From Octopus sinensis (Eukaryota), in assembly GCF_006345805.1 (NCBI RefSeq), contig NW_021833300.1:11624-75623 (forward strand): a stretch of 64,000 nucleotides of DNA, in the 5' to 3' direction. Below the pieces are notes generated by a model. That model did not search any database and was not told the DNA's origin. It saw only the letters and a program-made list of their open reading frames with translations. Positions 11,931 to 25,912 of this stretch are shown here, one piece after another. The position numbers were made by a program, and so were the translations under genes. How positions within the stretch are numbered: the stretch's first letter is position 1; each line of letters begins with the position of its first letter.

Positions 11931-13149
11931 ATTGTTTAATAATTATTTTTATCAAATGAAATACCTAAAGTTATATTTGTTATTCAACGGCACCGTAATT
12001 ATTGCCCTAGGAATCATTACCCTATTTATATTTCAATTCATTTATTTGAAATCTATACAAATTAAATCCTAAATTCCAGCGGGATTCGAAGTCAAAATGT
12101 AAAGTTTCATGGCTGAATACTAAAGATATTTTATCAGTCGATTCATGATTTCTACAAATCCATCCATGTCCTTTCCGTTCTCTGAGGAAATGAAAAATGA
12201 TAACTGTGAACCGAATGTAACGAAAGCACAAGTCAGCTACAGTATTCTAGATTATAGAATTATAAAAACAATTTCAGTAATAATCTCTCTTTATTGATTC
12301 ATATTATATGCCTCTTGTATGAATAAAATACTTACTCTATCAGGTCTAGTCAGAAAACCAGACCTGATAAGGAAAAACTGGAGTAAGTTTTGAATTTAGC
12401 AGGCAAAAATCACTTGGAATTCATTGAAATATTCCAGGCACCAGACAAGAACAAAATTTGCCCAGTGTTATTTATTTTAATATTCAATAACTCGCTAATC
12501 ATTGTTCTAAGATTTATTACCCTATTTTCATATCTATTTCTTTATTTTAAATCTGTCTATCTGCATTAAATCCTAAAGCACAGCAAAATTCGAAATTAGA
12601 ACGTTAAGTTTACACTTGTCTTTAAAACAATCTCTCCCGACTTCTTCCACTCTTATAAAATCGATGGCCAACTTGAACTTTCTTTCCCTCTTACTCCAGA
12701 AGTCGTCGCCAGGTAATTTCACTTTTCGTTAAATAAGTTCTTAACTTCCAGGTCTTATATTCGTTACTCATTCTCTCCAGAATGCTTTGCTCTTCAGATG
12801 GTAAGTAATTTATCAGTTTTACCCGTAGCTTTGTTAGGTTATCAACAGCAACTGTTTCTATCCATCGATCTTAGCAAATAAACGCTTGAAAGAAGTCGGC
12901 TGCGTTTGGATGCATGGTGAGCGAAACGATTTTATTTTAACTTGGCAATATATCGATAGCTTTAAATTTTTAATTATGCACTAGATAAATTATACTTAAT
13001 GCCATCGAAAGTGGTGTGGTCAACGAGTACAAGAAAGGAGGTAAGATTTTTATGAAATAAAGCCTTGATTGGGATTGTAATTTGATTTTAAGTAAATAAT
13101 AATAATGTTCCACGAGAAAGGCATGAATGTTACAAATTCCCCTTGTAAT

Positions 13150-13475
13150 TAGGAAACTTCTTTACAATTGTTGTTTGTTCCTATTCGAGCCATGCTTGGC
13201 TCATAAGGGCCGGTTTCCCAGTTTCTTTGGCGTATAGGTTCCCCACCTGCACGGGACGCCAATCCGATGCAGGTGAGCTGCAAGATGCAGGAGGAAAGAG
13301 TGAAAGTTGTAGCGAAAGAGTCATCAGAGATTCGCCATTATCCTCTACCAGAGTCGCGTAGAGCTTAGCTATTTCGCTCATAAACACATACATCGCCCGG
13401 CCTGAGATTTAAATCCGCGATTCCTCGACCGAGAGTCCGCTGCTCTAACAACTAGGCAATGTGCCCCCACACTTC
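13150..13475 (-). mobile_element. tRNA-derived SINE (family 3)
   Basis: Minus strand begins ggggcacattgcctagttgttagagcagcggactctcggtcgaggaatcgcggatttaaatctc (tRNA-like A/B boxes), followed by a non-tRNA body. Confidence 0.75.
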
Positions 13476-14056
13476 TTTCATCTTGCCTTGTGTGTTTGTA
13501 TTTGACCAAGATTACATTTACTGTTAATATTAGATTTACTTTCGAACAATAAAGGAGCTAATGATATCTTGAGGTTGGTTCGATTCTTGTTGATCTACTT
13601 TAAACGTATTACTCTTAAGTAAGAACAGGAATAATTATTGCAGTATTAAAAATTTAAAACTATTTTCACATGACGAATAAACAACAAAAAATTTGGGGTA
13701 GAATCAGCAGTTTCAGAAGAGTGTATGTCATTTTAACGGAAAACGCACAGCTTGGAATCTGGGCATGCTAGTGTTGTTGTTTTTGTTGTTGTTTAACCAC
13801 AGGTTTGATTTAGTAACCTTTTATAGCTAAGAAATTACTGAGAGCGTGCAATAAGAACAACATTATCCAAACGTGTTTTTCTGAAAGGGAGAAGTATTTT
13901 ACGATAAATATTTGGTTGTAATATTTAACATTTTGAGCAACTGCTCAGGGAGTAGGCTCTCTCCTTGTCATGAAACACAGAAAAGTACGGTGAATAAAGT
14001 CTACGAAACCAAGGAGATGGCTACTTTTCAATAGAGTTAGGTGCCGAATAACATAC

Positions 14057-14113
<57 letters not shown>

Positions 14114-14366
14114 CATTATTATTATTAATATTATTATTATTATATTATTATTATCATTATTATTATTATTATTATAATTATTATTATTATTATTATTATA
14201 TTATTATTATTACTATTCTTATTATTATTATTATTATTAATATTATTATTATTATTGTTATTATTAATATTATTATCATTATTATTATTATTAATATTAT
14301 TATCATTATTATTAGTATTAATATTATTTTTATTATTATTACTATTATTATTATTATTAATTTTTC

Positions 14367-14397
<31 letters not shown>

Positions 14398-14517
14398 GTA
14401 ATAATAACAATAATAATAACAATAATAACATAACAAAAATAATTTATATATGCACACTCACAAATATATATACATATATATATACATATATATATACATG
14501 TATATATGCATATATAT

Positions 14518-14592
<75 letters not shown>

Positions 14593-14679
14593 TTGTATAT
14601 ATATATACATATATACTTGTATATATACATATTTATATATACATATACATACATATATATATAAATTTAGAATTAGATA

Positions 14680-15487
14680 AACTTAGATATGTTTCGACCA
14701 ATGATTGGTCCAGGCCATGTCTAACTTAATAGCACCACCTGATAGGATTATTTGAATCCTGTCTAAGTCAAGTTTTGCTTCTGGTTCATTCAATTAGTGA
14801 GTTTTCGTTGGGTGAGTTGTATCCAATTATGGGTGGATTATCTGGTATTCTTTAAAGGAATCTATCCAGACACCGTTTAAAGTTGATGGGATCCTGTTCC
14901 TCTTTGATCTCTTTCGGGACAATGTTAAATAGGGCAGGGCCTGTTGAGGAAAAGAAATTATGTTGTAGTGTATATGTATGCTGTGATCTTGAATTGGGCA
15001 GGACACGTATGGCCCGTGGTCCCAGTCTTGGATGAACATTGATGCTTATGTTCAGGTTGTTTGGGGAAAGTTGGCGGTATATTCTCCACATCGTACAAAT
15101 GATGTACCGCTCACGGCAACCCTGGAGAAAGTAGAGTTTTAAGGCTTTCAGGCGATCCCAATAATCGAGAGCAGCCAGCCTTCAATTCGTTTAATGAGTG
15201 CACTCTGGGGTGATTCAATCCTCGAAATGTTTTGTCTTGTCTAGGGAGACCACAGTGGGCAGCAGTATTCGAGGTGTGGCCGTACAAAAGAGGAGAAGAA
15301 TGGTATGATGACACCTTGTTCTCTGGACCGGAAAGTTCTTAAGGTCCAGGAACTCATCCTACGAGCTATATCGACCTTCTTGTTGATGTGTGCACTCCAA
15401 CTCAGATCGTCATCAACAATTACACCTAGGTCTCTGATGTTGTTAGAGGCTGTGAGCGGTTCCCCTGAAGGAAGAGAGTATGGCTGT
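14680..15487 (-). mobile_element. CR1/L2-group LINE family A 3' fragment
   Basis: Reverse complement of ~8060-8870, including the tail; ORF 14852..15091-. Confidence 0.92.
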
Positions 15488-15609
15488 TTCGGAAGAGGCC
15501 CTTTCGCTATGTGACACGCTGTGGGGCCGAACCCTGATCTATGTAATTACGAAGTAACACACAGACCCACCTACTCCTATATATATATATGTATATATAC
15601 GCCTATATA

Positions 15610-15658
<49 letters not shown>

Positions 15659-16333
15659 TGAGTGTATTTTTACCTTGTTAACAATTAACACGGAAATAAA
15701 TAAATAGTTACCAAGGCAGCAACAATTTTTTATTCATATATATATATATATATATATACACGCATAAATACACACACACATGTAAACACAAGCATACACA
15801 CACAACGATGTTCTTAAAACGATGTTCTATGAAACGAGGTTCTTAAAACAATCTCTCCCGAGTTCTTCCACTCTTATAAAATCGATGGCCAACTTGAACT
15901 TTCTTTCCCTCTTACTCCAGAAGTCGTCGCCAGCAAATTTCACTTTTCGTTAAATAAGTTCTTAAATTCCAGCTCTGATATTCATTTCTCTTCCTCTCCA
16001 GAATGCTTTGCTCTTCAGAAGGTAAGTAAATTATCAGTTTTACCCGTAGCTTTGTTAGGTTATCAACAGCAACTGTTTCTATCCATCGATCTTAGCAAAT
16101 AAACGCTTGAAAGAAGTCGACTGCGTTTGGATGCATGGTAAGCGAAACGATTTTATTTTAACTTGGCAATATATCGATAGCTTTAAATTTTTAATTATGC
16201 ACTCGATAAATTATACTTAATGCCATCGAAAGTGGTGTGGTCAACGAGTGCAAGAAAGGAGGTAAAATGTTTATGAAATAAAGCCTTGATTTGGATTGAA
16301 ATAGTAATGTTATTATTATTATTAATATTATTA

Positions 16334-16393
<60 letters not shown>

Positions 16394-16624
16394 TATTATT
16401 ATTATTATTATTAATATTATTATTATTATTATGATTATTATTACGATTATTATTATAATTATTAATATTATTATTTTTACTATTAATATTATTATTATTA
16501 CTAATATTAATATTATTATTATTATTACTATTATTATTATTATTATTATTAATATTATTATCATTATTATTAGTATTAATATTATTTTTATTATTATTAC
16601 TATTATTATTATTATTAATTTTTC

Positions 16625-16658
<34 letters not shown>

Positions 16659-16669
16659 GTAATAATAAC

Positions 16670-16715
<46 letters not shown>

Positions 16716-16796
16716 TAAGAAAAATAATTTATATATGCACACTCACATATATATAAATATATATATATACATATATATATATACATGTATATATGC

Positions 16797-16833
<37 letters not shown>

Positions 16834-16884
16834 CTTGTATATATACATATTTATATATACATATACATATTTATATATAAACTT

Positions 16885-17735
16885 ATACATAGATAAACTT
16901 GCTATTTTTCGACCAATGATTGGTCCAGGCAATGTCTAACTTAATAGCACCACCTGATAGGATTATGCGAATCCTCTTTAAGTCAAATTTTGCTTATGGT
17001 TCATTGAAGTAGTGAGTTTTCGTTGGGTGAGTTGTATCCAATTATGGGTGGCTTATCTGGTATTCTTTAAAGGAATCTATCGAGACTCCGTTTAAAGTTG
17101 ATGGGATCCTTTTCCTCTTTGATCTCTTTCGGGACAATGTTAAATAGGGCAGGGCCTGTTGAGGAAAAGAAATTATGTTGTAGTGTATATGTAAGCTGTG
17201 ATCTTGAATTGGGCAGGGTACGTATGGCCCGTGGTCCCAGTCTTGGATGAACATTGATGCTTATGTTCAGGTCGTTTGGGCAAAGTTGGTGGTATATTCT
17301 CCACATCGTACAAATGATGTACCGCTCACGGCAACGCTGGAGAGAGTAGAGTTTTAAGGCTTTAAGGCGATCCCAATAATCGAGAGCAGCCATGCCTTCA
17401 ATTCGTTTAATGAGTGCTCTCTGGGGTGATTCAATACTCGAAATGTTTTGTCTTGTCTGGGGAGACCACAGTGGGCAGCAGTATTCGAGGTGTGGCCGTA
17501 CAAAAGAGGAGAAGAATGGTATGATGACACCTTGTCCTCTGGACCGGAAAGTTCTTAAGATCCAGGAACTCATCCTACGAGCTATATCGACCTTCTTGTT
17601 GATGTGTGCACTCCAACTCAGATCGTCATCAACAATTACACCTAGGTCTCTGATGTTGTTAGAGGGTGTGAGCGGTTCCCCTGAAGGAAGAGAGTATGGC
17701 TGTTTTAGTGAGGAGATTCTTCCAAAATGCATCAG
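16885..17735 (-). mobile_element. CR1/L2-group LINE family A 3' fragment
   Basis: ORF 17067..17732- (RDLGVIVDDDLSWSAHI..VRPHLEYCCPLWSP..LYSLQRCRERY) and family A tail. Confidence 0.93.
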
Positions 17736-17769
17736 CTCTATACATATACATATATATACATATATACAT

Positions 17770-17925
<156 letters not shown>

Positions 17926-18075
17926 ACACGGGTCCTTCTAGTTCCAAATCCACCTACAGGTTTGGGGCTTTGACCAACCCGAGGCTTCGGAAGAGGCCCT
18001 TACGCAAGGTGACACGCTGTGGGGCCGAAACCGGATCTATGTAATTACGAAGTAACACACAGACCCACCTACTCC

Positions 18076-18113
<38 letters not shown>

Positions 18114-18228
18114 ATATTATATATATATATATATAATATATATATATATATAGATGAGTGTATTTTTACCTTGTTAACAATTAACACGGAAATAAATAAA
18201 TAGTTACCAGGGCAGCAACAATTTTTTA

Positions 18229-18271
<43 letters not shown>

Positions 18272-18877
18272 GCATAAATACACACACACACATGTAAACA
18301 CAAGCATACACACACAACGATGTTCTTAAAACGATGTTCTATGAAACGAGGTTCTTAAAACAATCTCTCCCGACTTCTTCCATTCTTATAAAATCGATGG
18401 CCAACTTGTACTTTCTTTCCCTCTTACTCCAGAAGTCGTCGCCAGGAAATTTCACTTTTCGTTTAATAAGTTCTTAAATTCCAGGTCTTATATTCGTTTG
18501 TCTTTCTCTCCAGAATGCTTTGCTCTTCAGAAGGTAAGTAAATTATCAGTTTTACCCGTAGCTTTGTTAGGTTATCAACAGCAACTGTTTCTATCCATCG
18601 ATCTTAGCAAATAAACGCTTGAAAGAAGTCGGCTGCGTTTGGATGCATGGTGAGCGAAACGATTTTATTTTAACTTGGCAATATATCGATAGCTTTAAAT
18701 TTTTAATTATGCACTAGATAAATTACACTTAATGCCATCGAAAGTGGTGTGGTCAACGAGTACAAGAAAGGAGGTAAGATTTTTATGAAATAAAGCCTCG
18801 GTTAGGATTGAAATAGTAATGTTAATAGTATTATTATTACTATGATTATTATTATTAATAGTATTATTATCATTATA

Positions 18878-18946
<69 letters not shown>

Positions 18947-19140
18947 TTATTATTAATATTATTATTATATTATTATATTATTATATTATTATATTATTAT
19001 TTTATTATTATTAATATTCTTATTATTACTATTAATATTATTACTATTAATATTATTATATTATATTATTATTATATTATTATTATTAATATTAATATTA
19101 TTATTATTATTAATATTAATATTATTATTATTATTATTAC

Positions 19141-19177
<37 letters not shown>

Positions 19178-19477
19178 ATTATTAATATTATTATTTTTAC
19201 TATTAATATTATTATATTATTATTATTAATATTATTATTATTATTATCAATATTATTATTATATATTATTATTATTATTATTATAATATTATTATTATTA
19301 TAATTATTATATTATTATTATTTTTATTATGATACTATTATTATTATTACTATTATTATTATTATTATTCTTTCTATAATAATAATAATAATAATGATAA
19401 TAACATAATAAAAATAATTTATATATGCATACACAAATATATATATACATATATATATACGTATATATAAACATGTA

Positions 19478-19527
<50 letters not shown>

Positions 19528-19653
19528 TTGTATATATACATATTCATATATACATATGCATACATATATATGCATATACATATATATGCTTATACATATA
19601 TATATACATGCATACATATATCTATAACTATATATACATATAAGTATATATAA

Positions 19654-19701
<48 letters not shown>

Positions 19702-19785
19702 ATATAGATATCTGTGTGTGTATACATATATATACATATATACATACATGCAGATAGATAGATAGATAGATAGATGGATAGATAG

Positions 19786-19816
<31 letters not shown>

Positions 19817-20529
19817 TAAACGTCGGTCCTTCCAGTTCAAAATCCACATAGAGGTTTTGGGTCTTTGATCAACCCATGGCTGCAGAGGAGGCTCTTTCGC
19901 AAGGTGACATACTTTGAGGCCGAACCCGGATCCACGTAATTAGGAAATAACACACAGACCCACCTACCCCTATATATATATACGCATAAATACACACACA
20001 CATGTACACACACGCATACGCACACAACAGCTCGCTAATCCTTATCCTAAGACTTATTACCCTATTTTCATATCTATTCCTTTTTTTAAAATCTGTCTAT
20101 CTGCATTAAATCCTAAATCACAGCAAAATTCGAAATCAGAACGTTAAGTTTCAAGACAGAGTAGAAAAGATAGTTGATCAGTCGATCCATGATTTCTACA
20201 AATCCATCTCCGTCCTTTCCATTCTCATCGGAAGTGGAACATGAAAATGGTAAACCGAGTGTAATAAAAGCACAAGTCAGCTACAGTATTTTATATCATA
20301 GAATTATAAAAACAATTTCAGTAATTATCGTTCTTATCAGTATATTATCAGTTTTACCCGTAGCTTTGTTAGGTTATCAACAGCAACTGTTTCTATCCAT
20401 CGATCTTAGCAAATAAACGCTTGGAAGAAGTCGATTGCGTTTGGATGCATGGTGAACGAAACGATTTCATTTTTTATCTTGGAAATATATCGATAGCTTT
20501 AAATTTTTAATTATGCACTAGATAAATTA

Positions 20530-23500
20530 TACTTAATGCCCTCGAGACAAAAATCCCTCCCTTGGAGAGAACAAAAAGATAAAGAAAAAGAAAAATATAA
20601 AAGAAGGAAGAAAAGCGCACTAACCACTCCTGAAAGACGATATGCGTATGTGGTGAGCGGTAACCCAACAAATGGCCAGCTTCACCCAGATGTGAGAAGG
20701 GCAGCAGCTGAACAGCAATCTTTTTTGTGCATGGCACAAAAAAGTGTTCAGCAGCTGATCTGGCTACAAGCACAAAGCTGGAACTACCACCACATAAGGC
20801 CACCACCAACAGATGCAGGATGGCCACCACAGACACCAACACCAACACACACACCACAAAAATATGTCTACTGAACGTAGGAGGGCTGCTGCGCGGCAAC
20901 TGTAAAAGGAAAATCTCATTCCTGAGAGACCTTGTGACATGCAATCAAGCTATATGCATGGCACTCACAGAAACGCATCTTGGACACGATATAGGGGATG
21001 CAGAAATACACATGCCGCAATATGCAGTCTTACGCTCAGATAGAAAAGGGGGGAGCCATGGTGGAGTTGCAGTGTACATCCGAGATGACCTCACGCCCAG
21101 GTCCTGTTGTCATATTCAAACACAGTGTGTAACACTCAAATTGTACATATAAGACAACTGAATATCGTCATATGTACTACGTATCGCCCACCAGATGCCC
21201 CAAATCACTCAGGCATGTTTGAAGACTGCCTAACAAAAATAGGATGACTTTAACTTCCCCAATGTGGAATGGCCTGGGGGGGGGCAGATGCTCTCAGGGA
21301 TGACACACCATCAGCAGGCACAGGCAGAGTCCCTGCTCCATCTGACAAATGCCTCTTTCATGGAGCAAATAGTTCTGCAACCAACAAGGGCAGATAATAT
21401 ACTGGATCTCTGCTTCACAAACAATATGGATATTATCCATAGTGTTAAAGTGATGCCGACAATGATCTCGGATCACAACATAATAGAGCTATCTATGTTT
21501 GGACCAAAAGCTCCCGTAGACACACAGCCTATACGAAGCATCCACCATCTCTCCAACTTAAACTTTCATAAAGTAAACTGGAAGTTGATTGAGAAATAGA
21601 TCCTCAAACAGGATTGGCCTAAATGTCTCTCCACACCGGACATTAACATGAAACACAAACACTTCATGTCCATAATACAAGCCATATGTGACAAATATAT
21701 CCCAGTGTGCTGGGCCAGCACACACAAAAACAAAAACAGGATCCCTAGAGAAAGGAAGATTCTTATGAGACGACGGACAAGGATTGCGAACCGCCTGAGC
21801 AAGCACACCAAAAGTGGTGAGAAGTCTCGGCTCGAGAGAATGCTAATGGAAATTGAGGAAAGTCTGCATCAGTCCCATGGAAAGGAGAGAGCAGATAAAG
21901 AAGCTTGGGTAATAGAAAATATAAAATCAAACCCTAAAGCTATCTTTATGTTTGCCAAAGAGACAGCTACAGTGCACCAGAGAATAGGACCTCTTTTCCA
22001 AAAAGATGTCTCTCTCACAAGAAATCCCACGAGGATAAGTGAAATACTGAAAGAACGATTCCAAAGTGTGTTCACTACACCTCTAGGACACAGGCAAGTA
22101 AACAACCCAGAAGAATTCTTTGCCACTTTACCTGCGGCCAAAGAGGCAAACATTGAGTACATCAACATTGAAGATGATGATATCACACTAGCCATAGATG
22201 AGATTAACACAGACTCAGCTGCTGGACCTGATGGATTTCCAGCGATTCTTCTCAAATCGTGCAAACGAGCCCTTGCGAAACCGCTACAGCTTCTTTTTCA
22301 GAGATTTCTTGCAAGTGGTAAGCTCCCAGTCAAATTGAAAGAGGGGGTAATATGCCCTATCCATAAGGGAGGTAGCAGAGCAGATGCTAAAAATTATAGG
22401 CCTATCTCTCTGACCTCACACATCAGCAAAGTCATGGAACGAATAGTCCGCAAGAAACTAATCATGTTCCTTGAAGAAAATGACTTGCTGTCTGACACCC
22501 AGCATGGATTTCGACCAAGTAGAAGCTGCCTAACACAGCTCCTGCAACACTATGACTGGGTGTTAAAACAGCTACTAAATGGCTCAAATGTGGATGTAAT
22601 ATATCTCGACTTTGCAAAAGCCTTTGATAAAGTCGACCATGGTATGATCTGTCACAAGCTGCGTGTTCTCGGCATAGGCGGAAAACTTGGAGAGTGGCTG
22701 CACAACTTCCTAAAAGACAGAAGACAGGCAGTTGTGAGCAATGGAGCCACCTCCAAGGAAACACAAATAAAAAGCGGTGTTCCACAGGGCACTGTCTTGG
22801 GGCCACTGCTGTTAATAGTGGCTCTTTCAGACATGCCTTCAGTTGCTACGATGGCCACCCTTGCTAGCTATGCAGATGACACAAAAGTCTCCCACACAAT
22901 ACAAAACCCTGAAAATATTGCGCATCTGCAACAGGAGTTGGATACAATATACAGGTAGGTGGCCTGAGGACAACAACATGCAGTTTAATGCAGGTAAGTT
23001 CCAGGCCCTGCGCTACCGGCACACAAAGGTAAACGACGTGTAGACTGGATACACTGGCCCAAGAAGAATTGCAATCCCTGAGTCAAAATCAGTGCGTGAC
23101 CTGGGCATTGACATAATAAATGATGCATCTTTCCAAGTGCATATTACTAATCTGGTGATAAAATGCAGACGGCTAGCTGGATGGTTTCTCCGAACTTTCA
23201 GAACAAGAGAGAAGGAGACACTGGTGGTCCCCTGGAAAACATTCGTCCCCAGCCGCTTGGACTACTGCTCCCAACTTTGGTCACCACACAATATAAAACT
23301 AACAGCAGAATTCGAAGCAGTTCAGAGAAGCTACACAAAGAAGATCGTCTCAATGCAAAATATCAGCTATTGGGAAAGACTGAAAGTATTAAATATCTTC
23401 TCCCTAGAGCGGAGGCGGGAGTGATATGCGGTGATATACATCTGGAAAATCCTGGAGGGTCTTGTCCCAAACTTTGGCATTCAAAGTTACCCCAACCGCA

Positions 23501-23865
23501 GAACGGGGCGCCACTGCATGGTGCCAAATATTCCAACATCACCATCAAAATACAGATCAAGATACTGCAACAGCTTGGGTTTCAGAGGACCACAGCTCTT
23601 TAACATCCTCCCTAAATGCCTGATAGACTTACATGGTGTGGATGTGGGTTTCTTTAAAACTAAACTGGATGTCTTCTTGTCGGGAGTCCCAGATGAACCT
23701 ACCTCACGAGAGGAGACGCAGATGCGGGCAGCAGCATCGAACTCCCTTGTTGATCAAGTGCCACGTATCAGAGGTGGATTCACATATTAGTGTAACTCAT
23801 TCAGCGGTGGTGCCCCGGCATGGCCGCGGCCTTCGGGCTAAAACATTTTTAAGGATTTAAAGATT
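20530..23865 (+). mobile_element. Near full-length CR1/L2-group LINE (family B), APE endonuclease + RT, disrupted
   Basis: APE motifs ICLLNVGGL, MALTETHL, VLRSDR.GGSHGGVAVYI, DFNFP, LDLCFTN, SDHN. RT ORF 21648..22958 (YRPISLTSH, YLDFAKAFDKVDH, GVPQGTVLGPLL, YADDTK). 3' tail with aaggattt repeats; frameshifts and stops. Confidence 0.95.
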
Positions 23866-23949
23866 ATATAAATATTTTATGCGTTTAAGCAGCCATTTAT
23901 TCCACTGAATATAATCAGTTAATTTTAAGAATCGATTAGAAGATATTCA

Positions 23950-24359
23950 GGATCTTTTCGGTTTGAAAGGCAGTTTTTTCTAGCGGTGTCATATGAAATT
24001 GTCACCCATAATTATGACACTAGTATCGATCTATTGCATTTCAATCTGTTTTAGGGATAGGGGTGGGGGAAGGGTATCTTTTTTCTTCACAAATGTAAAT
24101 AAACCCAAACTGTTTCTTAAACGAGGGACATATTCATACGGCGAAGAATGTTTTTTACCTCAATAGACGTCATTGATTGGTTGAAATTGCAGAAATTGAA
24201 GAAAAACAACAACAAATATCTTACAAACTATAGAATGTTCTCAATAAAGCCAAGAGAAAAAGATGTATTATAAACACATTCTACCAGAATACGAAGTTTA
24301 AAAGGTTTTAGTTACGTGGAAATTATGTTAAAAAACTGTCGGTCAAACGGAAAAGATCC
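23950..24359. mobile_element. 410-bp non-autonomous DNA transposon (MITE), Merlin-like
   Basis: ~29-bp imperfect TIRs beginning GGATCTTTTC; perfect 8-bp TSD GATATTCA at 23942-23949 and 24360-24367. GG termini with an 8-bp TSD fit Merlin (family assignment is inference). Confidence 0.85.
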
Positions 24360-24439
24360 GATATTCAAAATCAGGAACACGATTATCATTTTATTGAATT
24401 TTGAAATAAAATCCCAACGTTTATAAATTTTTTTCATCA

Positions 24440-24790
24440 GTGAATGTGAGTGGCTTAGGGGTCAGGATTTGCATTCACGATCCTCTGAACGTGCGATCGA
24501 TTCCCAGACAGGATGGCGTGTTGTATCCTTGGGCAAGACACTGCATTTCACGTTGCCCCAGGGCTGTGAAGGGGACTGGCATATCAATGAATAGACCCAA
24601 AGTTTCGTCTGCGCTTTGTAAACAGAGATTAAAAGGGGGCGAGTTAGCATTTGCGCTTTGATCTCGTAAAACCCTCACTACCAACGACTGCCCTAACAGA
24701 ACCAAGGGTTGGAGGCTTGTCGCCTAAATGATACAAAGGCGTCGTCCGTCAGGGAATCACTAAGAAATGGTGGGTACAGCGACGCAGGGT
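24440..24790 (+). mobile_element. Decayed tRNA-derived SINE
   Basis: gtggcttaggggtcagg..gcgatcgattccc (A/B-box-like) followed by ccttgggcaagacactgcatttcacgttgcccc, a CORE-type central segment. Confidence 0.6.
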
Positions 24791-24974
24791 GACACAGTAT
24801 GTTCTCATATTACCTATCAAGTAAATGCAAGACAGCCATTTTCATGCACATAGGTACATACACTTATGTATGTATGTATGTGAGTATGTATGTATGTATG
24901 TATGTATGTATGTATGTATGTATGTATGTATGTATGTATGTATGTATGTATGTGTGTGTATGTATGTATGTATG

Positions 24975-25055
<81 letters not shown>

Positions 25056-25216
25056 GTATGTATATATATATGTATGTATGTATATGTATGTATGTATGTA
25101 TGAATGTATGTACGTATGTGTGTGTATGTATATGTATGTATGTACGTATGTGTGTGTGTATATATATGCATGTATGTATGTATGTATGTATATGTAGGTA
25201 TGTATATGTATGTATG

Positions 25217-25248
<32 letters not shown>

Positions 25249-25250
25249 TG

Positions 25251-25282
<32 letters not shown>

Positions 25283-25314
25283 TGCATGTATGTATGTATG
25301 TATGTATGTATGTC

Positions 25315-25860
25315 AGGTCACTTTCGAGTGCTACTGGTAACATGTAACCCAGTACAACCTGTTGCATGGTCGGGTCGTCGGCAAGTAACCCAGCAACCCC
25401 ACCAAGCTTGCTTGGTGAGGAGAGTGTTTATTGGACACCCTGTGGGAGGAAAACAAAACCCGTCATAGGGCGGAGGAACTCTTGAGAGTCAACGGCCATC
25501 CAATAAATGTCGTAAGGCTGTGTCATGCGCGGAGACATAGAAATAATCGGACTGAATAACCGATCGAGCGTTTAAGCCAATGGGAGTGAAGGTCTCCTAG
25601 CCTTTGTTAGGGCATCCTTCTAGGAGAAGGTAACTCAGGTAACTGGGATAACTCCGACATAAAACCTGCGGCTCAGTGGTTACCGATGATGTTGACTTGT
25701 TCTTTTCGGATTATTGCTGCTGTTGCTTAGTGAGTGGGATTAACTCAGTGCACAGCCTTTCCTTACTTAAATAAAATCTTCTTGCACAGGCGTTGCACGA
25801 TAACAACATTGATTAAGCTTCGTGCAATAGCCATACTCGATAACGAGAGGGCAGCCACCA
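25315..25860 (+). mobile_element. Probable 5' UTR fragment of an RTE-type LINE
   Basis: GC-richer island between microsatellites containing gggcatccttctaggagaaggtaactc..ataaaacctgcgg, recalled as an RTE-type 5' UTR signature. No coding evidence. Confidence 0.45.
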
Positions 25861-25878
25861 TTTGTGTATGTATGTATG

Positions 25879-25912
<34 letters not shown>

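Larger units (their letters stand above)
85..13080. repeat. Left arm of a large inverted segmental duplication (partner ~26420-49240)
   Basis: Colinear reverse-complement matches read by eye: 100-590 vs 48620-49240, 620-7300 vs 39480-46710, 9300-9380 vs 37990-38080, 10550-10870 vs 37460-37790, 11055-13080 vs 26420-28880. ORF pairs mirror each other (6921..7259- / 39525..39863+; 5551..5883- / 40861..41193+; 2740..2937+ / 44423..44620-). Confidence 0.95.

Noticed and set aside
12700-12800. Apparent micro-exons (13 nt at 12700-12712 and 20 nt at 12781-12800) with good splice signals
   Set aside because: The signals are not conserved across copies (first donor lost at ~15930 and ~18445; second acceptor lost in the right arm), and no gene context was found.
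20536-20874. ORF MPSRQKSLPW.. as an independent gene
   Set aside because: Sits at the 5' end of the family B LINE and overlaps the start of its endonuclease frame; treated as element sequence.
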